NCBI GenBank assembly: GCA_044226385.1
Contig: JBGAHA010000011.1
Span: 14,820-78,819, forward strand
Direction of reading: 5' to 3'
DNA length: 64,000 bases
Origin: Phycisphaerales bacterium
Lineage (GTDB): Bacteria; Planctomycetota; Phycisphaerae; Phycisphaerales; UBA1924
Shown in pieces: positions 1 through 9,249 of this stretch. The translations under genes and the position numbers were made by a program. Below the pieces are notes generated by a model, which was not told where the DNA came from, searched no databases, and was given only the letters and a program-made list of their open reading frames with translations. Each line of letters opens with the position of its first letter. The first letter of the stretch is position 1.

Positions 1-2
1 GG

Positions 3-377
3 CTGCGGGAGCGGGGGGCGCTGACGTCCGAGGGGATCGAGGCGCCGATCGAGGCGTGGACGCAGACCGAGCTGGGGTCGTTGCACGCGCTGTGGTCGCT
101 GGCGAACCGTGAGCGGCGCGAGGATCTGCGGGCGCGGTGCCTGGACGCGGCGGGGTGGTTCATGGCGGAGGTGCAGCCCGACAATGGGACGCATCATCCG
201 TGGGCGGTGCACGTGTTCGCGTGGATGTGGGCCCAGCGCGGGGACCAGGACGCGCGGATGTACGCCGAAGCGCTTCTGCACAACTGCATGGTGATGCTGG
301 GGAGGCCGGACCAGTTCAGCGCGTGCGTGCTGTGGCACGCGGGGAGCGAGCTGGAGAAGAGCGCATGGGAGGGGTGA
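3..377 (+). CDS. C-terminal fragment of a hypothetical protein (5' end lies outside the window)
   Basis: Frame 3 is open from the first bases of the window to the stop at 375-377. The listed ORF 81..377 is only its TTG-initiated tail. Third codon positions are G/C-rich. No family recognised. Confidence 0.4.
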   Translation: MRERGALTSEGIEAPIEAWTQTELGSLHALWSLANRERREDLRARCLDAAGWFMAEVQPDNGTHHPWAVHVFAWMWAQRGDQDARMYAEALLHNCMVMLGRPDQFSACVLWHAGSELEKSAWEG

Positions 378-381
378 GGGT

Positions 382-1713
382 TCACCCGCGGTAGCGGATG
401 GCGAGCATGGTCTGGTCGTCGGCCTGCGGGGCGTTGCGGGCGTGGGCCGTGATGTGCTCACGGATGGTGTGGAGGCACTCCTGGGCGGAAAAGTCGGGGC
501 AGGCGGTGAGCGCGGCGTCGAGGCGAGCGAGGCCGAAGAGCTCGCGCGAGGCGGGTCCGCCGGAGACCGACCGCGCCGGGGCCATGGTCTCGGTGATGCC
601 GTCGGTGTAGAGCAGGAGCATGTCCCCGGGGACGAGCGTGGCGCGGGCCTGGCGGTAGGTCTGGCTTTCCAGGATGCCCAGCGGAAGCTCGCCGTTTTCA
701 CCGAGCTCGATGATGGACCCGCGGCGCACGAGCCGGGGCGGGTTGTGGCCGGCGAGGGAGTAGGTCAGTTCACCCGACGCCGGGTTGAGCACGCCGTAGA
801 AGGCGGTGACGAAGGCGCCGGAGGTTCCGTAGGAGCGGAAGAGGCGCGTATTGAGTTCCTGGAGGAAGTCGACGGGGCATCCGTGCGCATCGGGGAGCGC
901 GTGGGCGAGCGTGCGGATGATCGCCATCAGGACGGCGGCGGGGGTGCCGTGTCCGGAGACGTCGGCGATGAAGATCCCCCAGCGGCCGTTGTCGAGCGGG
1001 AAGAAGTCGTAGTAGTCACCGCCCGCGCGGGCGCTGGTCTGGTAGAAGTCGCAGAGGTCGTATCCGGTGATCTGGGGAAGCTGGGAGGGGAGGAGGGATC
1101 GCTGGATTTCCCCCACGGTCTGGAGCTCGGCGTCGAGGGCTTCGAGGGCGGAGGCGAGCTGGTTGCGAAGGACGAGGTTCTGCGTGCCTCGGCCGAAGAG
1201 TCCGCCGTGCCAGTGCAGCATGGGGATGCGTGCCTGATCGATGCGCCCGCCGGGGGGCAGCAGCAGCATCGTGACATTGAGCCCTTCGCCCTGGTCATAC
1301 TGCGGGAGGGCGATGAGCGATTCAAAGCCCTGGAGGTAGAACCAGGCGGGGTCGTCCCGGGAGAGCGCGGCGGGGAGGTTGTCGATGATCACGGGCTTGT
1401 TGGCGTAGACGATCTCCCCGGCGACGCCGCCGGAGAGTAGCGGCAGGCGGTCGCGGTAGAGCCAGGGGTTGGGAAGCTCGGGCGCGCGGGATGAGCGGGT
1501 TACCAGGTAGTGTGGGGGTTCGCACTGCCGGCGCGAGACGGAGAGGTAGTTTTCGAAGGGGAGCAGCTCCCCGATGCCGTTCCAGTACGCGTCGACCATC
1601 TCCTCGGGGTCGGTGATGCCCGAGATCGCCTTCATCGTGCGGTCGATGATCTCGAGCTCCTGCTGCCATGTCCGGTGGGGATGGTGAGAGGTGGGCGTGG
1701 GCGCGGTGGCCAT
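382..1713 (-). CDS. PP2C/SpoIIE-family protein serine phosphatase with an N-terminal GAF-like sensor region
   Basis: 443-aa ORF. The C-terminal half carries SpoIIE/PP2C hallmarks 'GGDYYDFF', 'IADVSGHGTPAAVLMA', 'LLLYTDGITE' and 'DDQTMLAIR'. Confidence 0.85.
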   Translation of the reverse strand: MATAPTPTSHHPHRTWQQELEIIDRTMKAISGITDPEEMVDAYWNGIGELLPFENYLSVSRRQCEPPHYLVTRSSRAPELPNPWLYRDRLPLLSGGVAGEIVYANKPVIIDNLPAALSRDDPAWFYLQGFESLIALPQYDQGEGLNVTMLLLPPGGRIDQARIPMLHWHGGLFGRGTQNLVLRNQLASALEALDAELQTVGEIQRSLLPSQLPQITGYDLCDFYQTSARAGGDYYDFFPLDNGRWGIFIADVSGHGTPAAVLMAIIRTLAHALPDAHGCPVDFLQELNTRLFRSYGTSGAFVTAFYGVLNPASGELTYSLAGHNPPRLVRRGSIIELGENGELPLGILESQTYRQARATLVPGDMLLLYTDGITETMAPARSVSGGPASRELFGLARLDAALTACPDFSAQECLHTIREHITAHARNAPQADDQTMLAIRYRG

Positions 1714-1875
1714 GCACCGATGGTAGAGCGGGTGGGACGAATTGATTCGGCTTGAGTCGAGCCGTCCATGGGGCGCGGAGCGGAGTCGCAGGCCGGCGCT
1801 GGGCCGAAACGGCGCCAGCGCCAGTGAGGGGGGCAGGGTGGGGAATATGGCTGGATCAGAACGAGCGCCGCGGGA

Positions 1876-2802
1876 CTAGTCCATGCCGGACAGGGTCTGC
1901 TTGTGCTCGTCACGGATGGGCAGCTCGATGACGACGATCGTGCCCGTCCCGCTTGCGGAACTCAGGCTGATCGTGCCGCCGATGTCGCAGAGAAGCTGGC
2001 GGACCACGGTGAGGCCTGAGCCGGCAGTTCCCTGGTCGCCCTTGCAGACAAACCGGGGGTCGAAGACGTGCATGACAGCTTCCTGGGTCATGGACACGCC
2101 GTTGTCGGTGAAGGCGATGGTGACGGCGCGGGCGCGGGGGGAAAGCTTGCCGTAGATGTCGATCGCGCCCTTCTCCAGCGGCGGGGCGCCGGGGGCGGGA
2201 GGCGGGCGGTAGGCGATGGCCTGGAGCGCGTTGGCGACGAGCGTCAGGAAGATCTGCGTGAGGTGGTGGGGCTTGACGCAGACTCCGGGGAGATGCTTGG
2301 GGAAATCGGCGTCGATGGTCACGCCGTCGCAGCGCAGCGTTCCCAGGAGCAGGGACATTCCCGGCCACCACTGGGAGAGGTGGAGTTCCCGGTCGGTGGC
2401 GCGGGCATCGGCGTCCTCGGCGGCGATGCGCAGTTCCCGGGTCAGGTTGTGGAGATACAGGGCGACGACGTGCATGGATCCCAGTGCTTCGGCGGCATCG
2501 GCGGAGAGCCATTCGGCGTCGAGCAATTCGAGGTTGGAATCGAGCTGGAACATGGAGCCTTCCAGATCGTGGGCGGCGGTGGCGGCGATGTTGCGGAGCG
2601 CGACGGCGCGTTCGAGGCCCTGGGCGCTGTTTATCGCCGCGCGCGTGGCTCGCATGAGCGGGACCGCGGAGACCAGATGCCCCGGGGTGGGCGTCTGGTG
2701 TGGTGGCGTGGTGGGCGCGCCGGCAACATGGTGCGCTACCGCGTGCAGGAGCGCCAGGTGGGGGTGGAGGGAATCTCCGGCGGCGTCGATGGGCGTGGCC
2801 AT
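1876..2802 (-). CDS. Soluble histidine kinase (H-box plus HATPase_c) with no obvious transmembrane or sensor domain
   Basis: H-box 'AATAAHDLEGSM'; ATPase boxes 'LVANALQA', 'DNGVSM', 'GSGLTVVRQL'. Start is uncertain (ATG at 2802 or 2835). The ORF stays open to 3114, but that upstream part is a Pro/Ser/Thr-rich stretch. Confidence 0.7.
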   Translation of the reverse strand: MATPIDAAGDSLHPHLALLHAVAHHVAGAPTTPPHQTPTPGHLVSAVPLMRATRAAINSAQGLERAVALRNIAATAAHDLEGSMFQLDSNLELLDAEWLSADAAEALGSMHVVALYLHNLTRELRIAAEDADARATDRELHLSQWWPGMSLLLGTLRCDGVTIDADFPKHLPGVCVKPHHLTQIFLTLVANALQAIAYRPPPAPGAPPLEKGAIDIYGKLSPRARAVTIAFTDNGVSMTQEAVMHVFDPRFVCKGDQGTAGSGLTVVRQLLCDIGGTISLSSASGTGTIVVIELPIRDEHKQTLSGMD

Positions 2803-3206
2803 GATGTCGTGCCTCCGTGATGGTGTTCCCACCATCGCTTCGCCTGCGCGTCGACCCGGGGGGATGGGTCGATGTGCGGGGAGGGCGCTGGTGCCGCCCG
2901 CGGGCGGTTCGCGGGAGGTCGTGTGGGGGCGGGGAGTGGAATCCTCGGGCGTGAGAGGAACGTGAAGATTGGATGGTGCGTGCGTGGAGGAATGTGAATC
3001 GATCGCGGGAGCGGTGTCGCCGGCGGTCGGAAGCTTGATGAGGAGACGCTCATTCGTGCGGTTCAGTGGAGGGATGTTGCGGTGTTGCATGTGTATGGGA
3101 ACGAAGAGCCGCAAGCTCCGTGGGGTGGGTTCTATGACGACATCATGGGGGGAGCCGCGCCCGCGCGGCCATACGGAAGTTTCCCACTTCTGGATGGCGG
3201 CCCGGC

Positions 3207-4853
3207 ATGCCTGACGAGCGCCGGGCCGGGGGACTCATACACTCCTCCATGCCAGAGAGTTCTTCCCGCAGGCTCCCGGCGGCCCGGAAAGCCCGCCGCG
3301 CCTCGCCGCGGGGCGTCGCCAGGTCTGGCCGGGGCCCGGTGCTTGATCCCATCATCACGATGAACGCCGGGGGGATTATTCAATCGGCGAGCGATTCGGT
3401 GGAGCAGGTGTTCGGGTGGACGCCGACGGAACTCTTCGGGCGCAACGTGAAGGTTCTGATCCCCGAGCCGCGGCGCTCGGCGCTGGACCGGTACCTGGAC
3501 CGCTACCGGCACGGGGACCGGGCCAAGACGCTGACACGCATGCGGAACTTTGACGCTGTCCGCAAGGACGGCAAGATCATCCAGATCGAGCTCTCGATGT
3601 CCCGAGCGGACCTGCCCGTGCACGTGGCGCCCTACTTCATCGGCGTGGTGCGCGACGTAGGGCGGCAGATCCACGTCGGGGCCGATTCCGCCGACGAGCG
3701 TTCCCGGCTTCAGCAGTTGATCACGGAGCAGACACGGGCGCTGGCGACGGCGAACCTCCGGCTGCACCTCGCCGACCGGCTTGCGTCCCTGGGAACGCTG
3801 GCGGCGGGGCTGGGGCACGACATGAACAGCGTGCTGCTGCCGGTGCGGGCGAGGCTGAACGCGCTGGAGCACGCGGGGATTCCGACGGCGGCGATGGCGC
3901 ACATCACGGCGGTGCGGCGCTCGATCGCGTACCTGCAGCACCTCAGCGACGGGCTGCACTTCCTGGCGCTGGATCCCGACGGCCCGGGGGTGGCGCACGA
4001 CGGTGAGGGGGTGACGGACCTGGTGGAGTGGTGGGAGCAGATGGGGGTGCTGCTCCGCAAGGCGGTGCCCAAGCACGTGACGCTGCAGGCGTCGATCCCG
4101 GCGACGCTGCCATCGGTGCAGATCGCGCCGCACTGGCTGACGCAGGCGGTGCTCAACCTGATCGTGAACGCGGGGGAGGCCTCGGTGCAGACGCACCGCA
4201 AGGCCCGGGTGGGGATCCGGGCGCGAGCCTCTGAAGATGGGGCGACGGTCCGCATCGCCGTGACCGACAACGGGCGCGGGATGTCGCAGGGGATTCTGCG
4301 GCGAGCGTTTGACCTGTTTTTTACGACCAAATCCCGCAACCTTGGCACGGGGCTGGGGTTGCCGCTGGCGCGGAAGGTGGCGATGCGGGCGGGAGGGGAC
4401 GTCGAGCTTGCGTCGGAGCCTGGGCGTGGCACCACGGCGACGCTGGTGCTGCCGGCGGCGGACGGCGGCCGGGGCCGGGTTACCGCGAGCGTGAACGGGC
4501 CGCGGACGGCGGTGATCTCGGTGCGCGACTACCGGACGGCGGCGCTGATTTCACAGGTGCTGCTGGGCTCGGGCGTCCGGCTCACGGCGGCGACGCGCGC
4601 GACCCCGCCGCCGGCGGATCTGTGGGTGACGCCGCCCACGGCGGGCGCCCTTGCGGCGGCGAAGCGGTGGCTCTCGGGGCATTCCCAGCGCCGGGTCGTG
4701 CTGCTGGGTTCCCCTGGGCGTGGGACGGCGGGTCAGTGGTCGAAGCTGGGCGCGACGATCATCGATCCTCCCGATGATTTCGGTGGCATCCGCCACGCGC
4801 TGGGTGAGGCGATGTCGGGGTGGAAGCCTGCGGGCAGGAAGAAGGTCACATGA
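3207..4853 (+). CDS. PAS-domain sensor histidine kinase
   Basis: PAS-like 'IITMNAGGIIQSASDSVEQVFGWTPTELFGRNVKVLIP'; H-box 'LAAGLGHDMNSVL'; HATPase boxes 'NLIVNAGEA', 'DNGRGM', 'GTGLGLPLARKV'. Start could also be the ATG at 3249. Confidence 0.85.
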   Translation: MPDERRAGGLIHSSMPESSSRRLPAARKARRASPRGVARSGRGPVLDPIITMNAGGIIQSASDSVEQVFGWTPTELFGRNVKVLIPEPRRSALDRYLDRYRHGDRAKTLTRMRNFDAVRKDGKIIQIELSMSRADLPVHVAPYFIGVVRDVGRQIHVGADSADERSRLQQLITEQTRALATANLRLHLADRLASLGTLAAGLGHDMNSVLLPVRARLNALEHAGIPTAAMAHITAVRRSIAYLQHLSDGLHFLALDPDGPGVAHDGEGVTDLVEWWEQMGVLLRKAVPKHVTLQASIPATLPSVQIAPHWLTQAVLNLIVNAGEASVQTHRKARVGIRARASEDGATVRIAVTDNGRGMSQGILRRAFDLFFTTKSRNLGTGLGLPLARKVAMRAGGDVELASEPGRGTTATLVLPAADGGRGRVTASVNGPRTAVISVRDYRTAALISQVLLGSGVRLTAATRATPPPADLWVTPPTAGALAAAKRWLSGHSQRRVVLLGSPGRGTAGQWSKLGATIIDPPDDFGGIRHALGEAMSGWKPAGRKKVT

Positions 4854-5680
4854 GAACGCCGCCAAGGAAGCCGGATGTCGCGGAGGCGAGGGGCTCGCGC
4901 GCTGTGAAGGACGGGAGCGCCTTGCGTGGCAAGGAGGCGGCGGCCGGGCGGGCGACGCACTTGGCGACGGATCGGAGCGCGAGGCCTGCGACGTCGCACG
5001 CGACCAAGATGCTGTGCGTGGATGATCACGCGGTGCTGGTGGAGGGACTCAAGGCGCAGTTCGCCATCGAGGGGCGCATCGAGGTCGTGGGGAGGCTTGG
5101 AACGGCGGCCAAGCTGGTGGAAGAGGCCCGGCGCCTGCAGCCCGATGCGGTGCTGCTGGACATCGAGATGCCCGGGCCCGACGCCTTTGAGATGGCCGAT
5201 CGCCTGCACCGACTCCAGCCGAAGGTGCGCATCATCGTGCTGAGCGCTCATATCCGTGACGCGTTCATCTCGGCATCGTTCGCGTCGGGGGCGAGCGCGT
5301 ACTTCGCCAAGTCGGACGAGCTGGAAGACATCGTGGGGGGGATCCACGAGGTCATGAACAGCAAGCCTGGATCGTTCCTTCTGGGGCCCAAGGTGCGGGA
5401 GCGATGCCGGCCGGCGGCGTCGGAAGGGGCGTCGGGGCCGCGGGTCGAGGATACGGTCGCCTCGGGGCCGCTGACCCTTCTTTCTTCGCTTTCGTCCCGG
5501 GAGATCTCGATCCTGCGGCTGGTGGGACTGGGGCTGTCTCGCATCCAGATCGCCAAGCAACTGTGCCGCAGCGCCAAGACCATTGATGCGCACCAGAGCC
5601 GGATGATGCGCAAGCTTGGGATCGCGGCGAGGGCGGATCTGATGCGGTTTGCGATCCGGGAGGGGCTGGCGCAGGCGTGA
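4850..5680 (+). CDS. LuxR/NarL-family response regulator (REC plus HTH)
   Basis: REC domain 'MLCVDDHAVLVEGL...VLLDIEMPGPDAF'; LuxR HTH 'LSSREISILRLVGLGLSRIQIAKQLCRSAKTIDAHQSRMMRKLGI'. The ATG at 4850 overlaps the kinase stop codon (ATGA), suggesting translational coupling. Alternative start at 5009 (MLCVDDH). Confidence 0.85.
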   Translation: MRTPPRKPDVAEARGSRAVKDGSALRGKEAAAGRATHLATDRSARPATSHATKMLCVDDHAVLVEGLKAQFAIEGRIEVVGRLGTAAKLVEEARRLQPDAVLLDIEMPGPDAFEMADRLHRLQPKVRIIVLSAHIRDAFISASFASGASAYFAKSDELEDIVGGIHEVMNSKPGSFLLGPKVRERCRPAASEGASGPRVEDTVASGPLTLLSSLSSREISILRLVGLGLSRIQIAKQLCRSAKTIDAHQSRMMRKLGIAARADLMRFAIREGLAQA

Positions 5681-5828
5681 GGCTTCTCGGGGGTGCGTCC
5701 GAAGGCTTGCTCCCGGATTTGATGCTTGTTCGACGCCTTGTCCCGTGAATCCAGGCCGTGCGTTGATTCATCAGGCCTGTTGAGGTGCGGCTCGCCGTGG
5801 CAGGGTCATCGTGAAAAGCGCGGAACCA

Positions 5829-6479
5829 TCATGCGGACCCGGGCTGCAGTCGCCGCCGCAGGAAGGCGGCGGTGACGGCGATGGGCGGGAAGATGGTGAG
5901 GGTGAAGATCCGCTGGAAGAGGCCCTGGAGCTCGTAGGCGTCGAGGTTGATCATGCGGCTCATGATCGGGACCATGACCAGGAGCAGGCCGAGGTTGGCG
6001 AGGAGGTAGGCGCGGAGGGGGCGTGTGCCGGGCTTCCAGAGTGACAGCAGGAAGAGCACGGGGAGGGCGAGCATGAAGACCAGGAAGATCGGGTGCCCGC
6101 CGTGGCGCGGGTCGGGGAGTGTGTAGTAACCCGACCAGAGGGATTGAACGCCGTTCATGGTGATCGCGGAGGTGACGGGCCAGGCGAGGAGCGGGTGCAC
6201 GCGGACGCGGAGGAGGGCGAGGGCGAAGGCGGGGGAGACCAGCAGGGTGATGGCGCCCTGGGTCATGATGCCGATGTTGAAGATGCGGGCCTGGGGCGAG
6301 AGGTCGGAGCCCAGCATGCTCGCGGACTGGCTGAGGAAGCTGTAGCCGGGGTAGAAGCAGGCGGCGGCGAGCTGGATGCCGTAGTAGAGGAAGGGGATGG
6401 AAACGGCGAGCGCCAGGGCGGCGCGGGTGTAGCGATCCGTATGTGATGCGGTCACGGGAGTCTCCGATCGCTGGCTCAT
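5829..6479 (-). CDS. Hypothetical polytopic membrane protein (possibly DUF998-like)
   Basis: The ORF has about 6 hydrophobic segments (for example 'ALALAVSIPFLYYGIQLAAACF', 'IFLVFMLALPVLFLLSLW'). The ATG at 6479 is preceded by GGAG about 11 nt upstream. Alternative start at 6509. The family assignment is tentative. Confidence 0.5.
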   Translation of the reverse strand: MSQRSETPVTASHTDRYTRAALALAVSIPFLYYGIQLAAACFYPGYSFLSQSASMLGSDLSPQARIFNIGIMTQGAITLLVSPAFALALLRVRVHPLLAWPVTSAITMNGVQSLWSGYYTLPDPRHGGHPIFLVFMLALPVLFLLSLWKPGTRPLRAYLLANLGLLLVMVPIMSRMINLDAYELQGLFQRIFTLTIFPPIAVTAAFLRRRLQPGSA

Positions 6480-6637
6480 TGGGCGGATGTCTCCGGCGAT
6501 TTCATCCATGGACAGCGCGCCGCGAACGGTTGTCGGCGGGGTGGAGCGGAGGTGGAGGGCGCACGTCGCGCGCTCGCGTGGGACTGGGCGTTTTTGTATG
6601 CTCAGGGGCGTCGTGGGATGCAAACGGGGGAGACGCC

Positions 6638-6901
6638 ATGTGCACGCTGGCAGAAGTGACGGTGGGGGTGCCGCGGGGCGCGGTGGAGTACGCGCTGGGC
6701 CTGGGCTCGATGCTCGCGGTCGTCAGCTCGTGGCATCGCAATCGCTCGATCTCGCTGGCGCTGCTTGCCGGCATTCTCTCGTGGCTGTACGTCGCGTATT
6801 ACGTGCTGACGCGAGAAGAAGAGGCCACCATCGAGCCGCTCTCTCCCGAGCAGCGGGAGGCGGTGGAGGATGGCGTGATTCCGATCCCGCGCCGGCAGTG
6901 A
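6638..6901 (+). CDS. Small hypothetical membrane protein (about 87 aa, two hydrophobic segments)
   Basis: ATG at 6638 (MCTLAEV...). Hydrophobic stretches 'ALGLGSMLAVVSSW' and 'LALLAGILSWLYVAYYVL'. No family recognised. Confidence 0.4.
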   Translation: MCTLAEVTVGVPRGAVEYALGLGSMLAVVSSWHRNRSISLALLAGILSWLYVAYYVLTREEEATIEPLSPEQREAVEDGVIPIPRRQ

Positions 6902-7010
6902 GCGTGCTCCGCGCGAGGTGCCCCGACGAGCCCCGACGAGCCCCGATGAGCACTGGAGAGCAAAGGGATCGTTGATCCCGCCCTCGTGGCTCCGTCATAT
7001 GTTCACACGT

Positions 7011-9098
7011 TTACACCGTCTGGCGCTGGGCCGAACCGTTGCGCAGCCAGCGGTCGACATCGGGATCCCCGACGCGGACCAGCCCGGGATCGCTCGCCTG
7101 CGCCTTGCGGCGGATCGCGGCGGCGATGAGGCCCATGAAGAGGGGCTGGGGGTGCAGCGGGCGGCTGGTGAGCTCGGGATGGAACTGGGCGCCGATGAAG
7201 AAGGGATGCGTGGGCAGGTGGGCGGAGGCGTCGTGCCCGTCCCCGGCGTTCTCGGTCTGGCGAAGCTCGAGGATCTGCATGATCGGCGTCGCAGGGTGGC
7301 GGCCGGAGAAGACCAGGCCCGCGGCCTCGAGGCGATCAATGAACTGGGGGTCCACTTCGTAGCGGTGGCGGAAGCGTTCCCGCACGTGGGGGCGACCGCC
7401 GGAGAGGAAGCTGGCGAGGGTGCCGGGGGTGATGGCGACGTCCTGCGCGCCCAGCCGCATGGTGCCGCCCAGGCCCTCGACCTTCTTCTGTTCGGGCAGC
7501 TCGCTGATGACGGGGTAGGGCGTGTGGAAGGCGGCGGTGTCGAACTCGGTGCTGGAGGCGGTGGAGAGCCCGACGACGTTGCGGGCGAACTCGATGACCG
7601 CGACCTGGAAGCCCAGGCAGATGCCCAGGTAGGGGAGTAGCTTTTCGCGGCAGTACTTGACGCAGGCGATCTTGCCTTCGACGCCGCGGGTGCCGAATCC
7701 GCCGGGGACGATCACGGCGTCGAGGTCGCCCAGGTGGCCCTCGGCGGTGCGGTTGTCGATGACGGTCGAATCGATCCAGCGGGTTTCGATGCGGCAGTTG
7801 AGATGGGCCGAGCAGTGCTCGACGGCCTTGTCGATCGAGGCGTAGGCGTCGCGGAGGTCGGCGTACTTGCCGGCGATGCCGAGCATGACCGTGTGTTTCT
7901 TGGGGGCGGTGAGCTTCTTGACGAAGCCCAGCCACTGCTCCCGGGCCCGGTCTTCCTTGCCCACGTCCACGCGGTCGTGGAGGTTGAGCAGGGAGAGGAT
8001 TTCCCGGTCCAGGCCTTCCTGGCGCATTTCCTCGGGGATGGTGTAGACGCTCGGCCGGTCGTGCATCGAGAAGATGCGTCGCGGCGGAACGTTGGTGAAC
8101 ATCGCGATCTTTTCCATGACCTTGGGAGAGCAGGGATTGCTCGCCCGGCATGCGATCACGTGGGGCTGGATGCCGACTTCCATCAGGCGCTTGATGCCCA
8201 GCTGGGCGGCCTTGGATTTCTGCTCGCCCAGGGCCTTGGGCTCGATGATGTACGTCAGGGCGACGAAACAACACGAGCCGGGGCCTTCCTCGAAGGCCAG
8301 CTCGCGCAGGGCCTCGATGTAGAAGGCGTTTTCGTAGTCGCCCACCGTTCCGCCGACTTCCACGAAGACGACGTCGGCGGGCTTCTTGCCATCCCCGTAG
8401 GCGGCGAGCTCGCGGAGCTTGCGCTTCACTTCCCCGGTGACGTGGGGGATCCACTGGACGTCCCGTCCCAGGTACACGCCGCGGCGCTCCCGGGAGATGA
8501 TCTCCCCGAAGATCTGGCCGCTGGTGGTGAAGTTTTTGCGGGTGAGGTTCTGGTCGAGAAGGCGCTCGTAGGTGCCCAGGTCCATGTCGCACTCGGTGCC
8601 GTCGTCGAGGACGAAGACTTCACCGTGGCGGTAGGGGTTGAGCGTGCCCGAATCGATGTTGAGGTAGCCCTCCATCTTGATGGGGGCGACGGTGAGGCCT
8701 TTTTCCTTGAAGAGCTTGGCGAGGCTGGAGGAGAAGATGCCCTTGCCCAGGGCGGACATGACCGTGCCGAGGATGACGACGTACTTGTGGGCGCCGCGCT
8801 GGTAGCCCTCGGGGATGGGGCTGTAGAACTCGGAATCGACGGAGCTTTCGGAGACGGCCAGGAGGGGGTTGGCGGATCCGGCGGCGGGGGAATGCCCGGC
8901 GGAGGAGGCTGCAAAAGGCGACGATCCCGACGCGGTGGTCGGGATCGTGGTGGAGGCGGTGGGGGTGGGGGTGCCGGCGAGGCTCTGTGCCCGGTTCTGC
9001 TGCGAGTTGCCAAGGCGGTCCTGGCCGGTATCCCGGGTTCGGGAGCCTTTGTCCTGGGTCGGACCAACGTGATCGGGCTGGTTCGGGGAGGAAGGCAT
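7011..9098 (-). CDS. pyrG: CTP synthase with a roughly 100-aa low-complexity N-terminal extension
   Basis: Clear PyrG sequence: 'KYVVILGTVMSALGKGIFSSSLAKLFKEKGLTV', 'YLNIDSGTLNPYRHGEVFVLDDGTECDMDLGTYERLL', and the GATase domain 'LGICLGFQVAVIEFARN'. The first ATG in frame is at 9098. The TTG-initiated ORF reaches 9197. Confidence 0.95.
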   Translation of the reverse strand: MPSSPNQPDHVGPTQDKGSRTRDTGQDRLGNSQQNRAQSLAGTPTPTASTTIPTTASGSSPFAASSAGHSPAAGSANPLLAVSESSVDSEFYSPIPEGYQRGAHKYVVILGTVMSALGKGIFSSSLAKLFKEKGLTVAPIKMEGYLNIDSGTLNPYRHGEVFVLDDGTECDMDLGTYERLLDQNLTRKNFTTSGQIFGEIISRERRGVYLGRDVQWIPHVTGEVKRKLRELAAYGDGKKPADVVFVEVGGTVGDYENAFYIEALRELAFEEGPGSCCFVALTYIIEPKALGEQKSKAAQLGIKRLMEVGIQPHVIACRASNPCSPKVMEKIAMFTNVPPRRIFSMHDRPSVYTIPEEMRQEGLDREILSLLNLHDRVDVGKEDRAREQWLGFVKKLTAPKKHTVMLGIAGKYADLRDAYASIDKAVEHCSAHLNCRIETRWIDSTVIDNRTAEGHLGDLDAVIVPGGFGTRGVEGKIACVKYCREKLLPYLGICLGFQVAVIEFARNVVGLSTASSTEFDTAAFHTPYPVISELPEQKKVEGLGGTMRLGAQDVAITPGTLASFLSGGRPHVRERFRHRYEVDPQFIDRLEAAGLVFSGRHPATPIMQILELRQTENAGDGHDASAHLPTHPFFIGAQFHPELTSRPLHPQPLFMGLIAAAIRRKAQASDPGLVRVGDPDVDRWLRNGSAQRQTV

Positions 9099-9249
9099 AT
9101 CAGATCGTACCAACAACAACGCGGCGCTCAAAGCACGCCACTGCCAATTGGGGATAAGTCCACGGGTTTCCGTGCGGGGAGGTCTTGCACGGAGCAAACT
9201 CTAGGCCGCCAATCCGGTATCCTTCGTCGCCAACCGGAGATTTCCCGAT

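Noticed and set aside
9099-9197. Still longer PyrG N-terminus starting at the TTG at 9197
   Set aside because: The segment upstream of the ATG at 9098 ('LRARPPRTETRGLIPNWQWRALSAALLLVRSD') has no support beyond being open, so the first ATG is preferred. The start remains uncertain.
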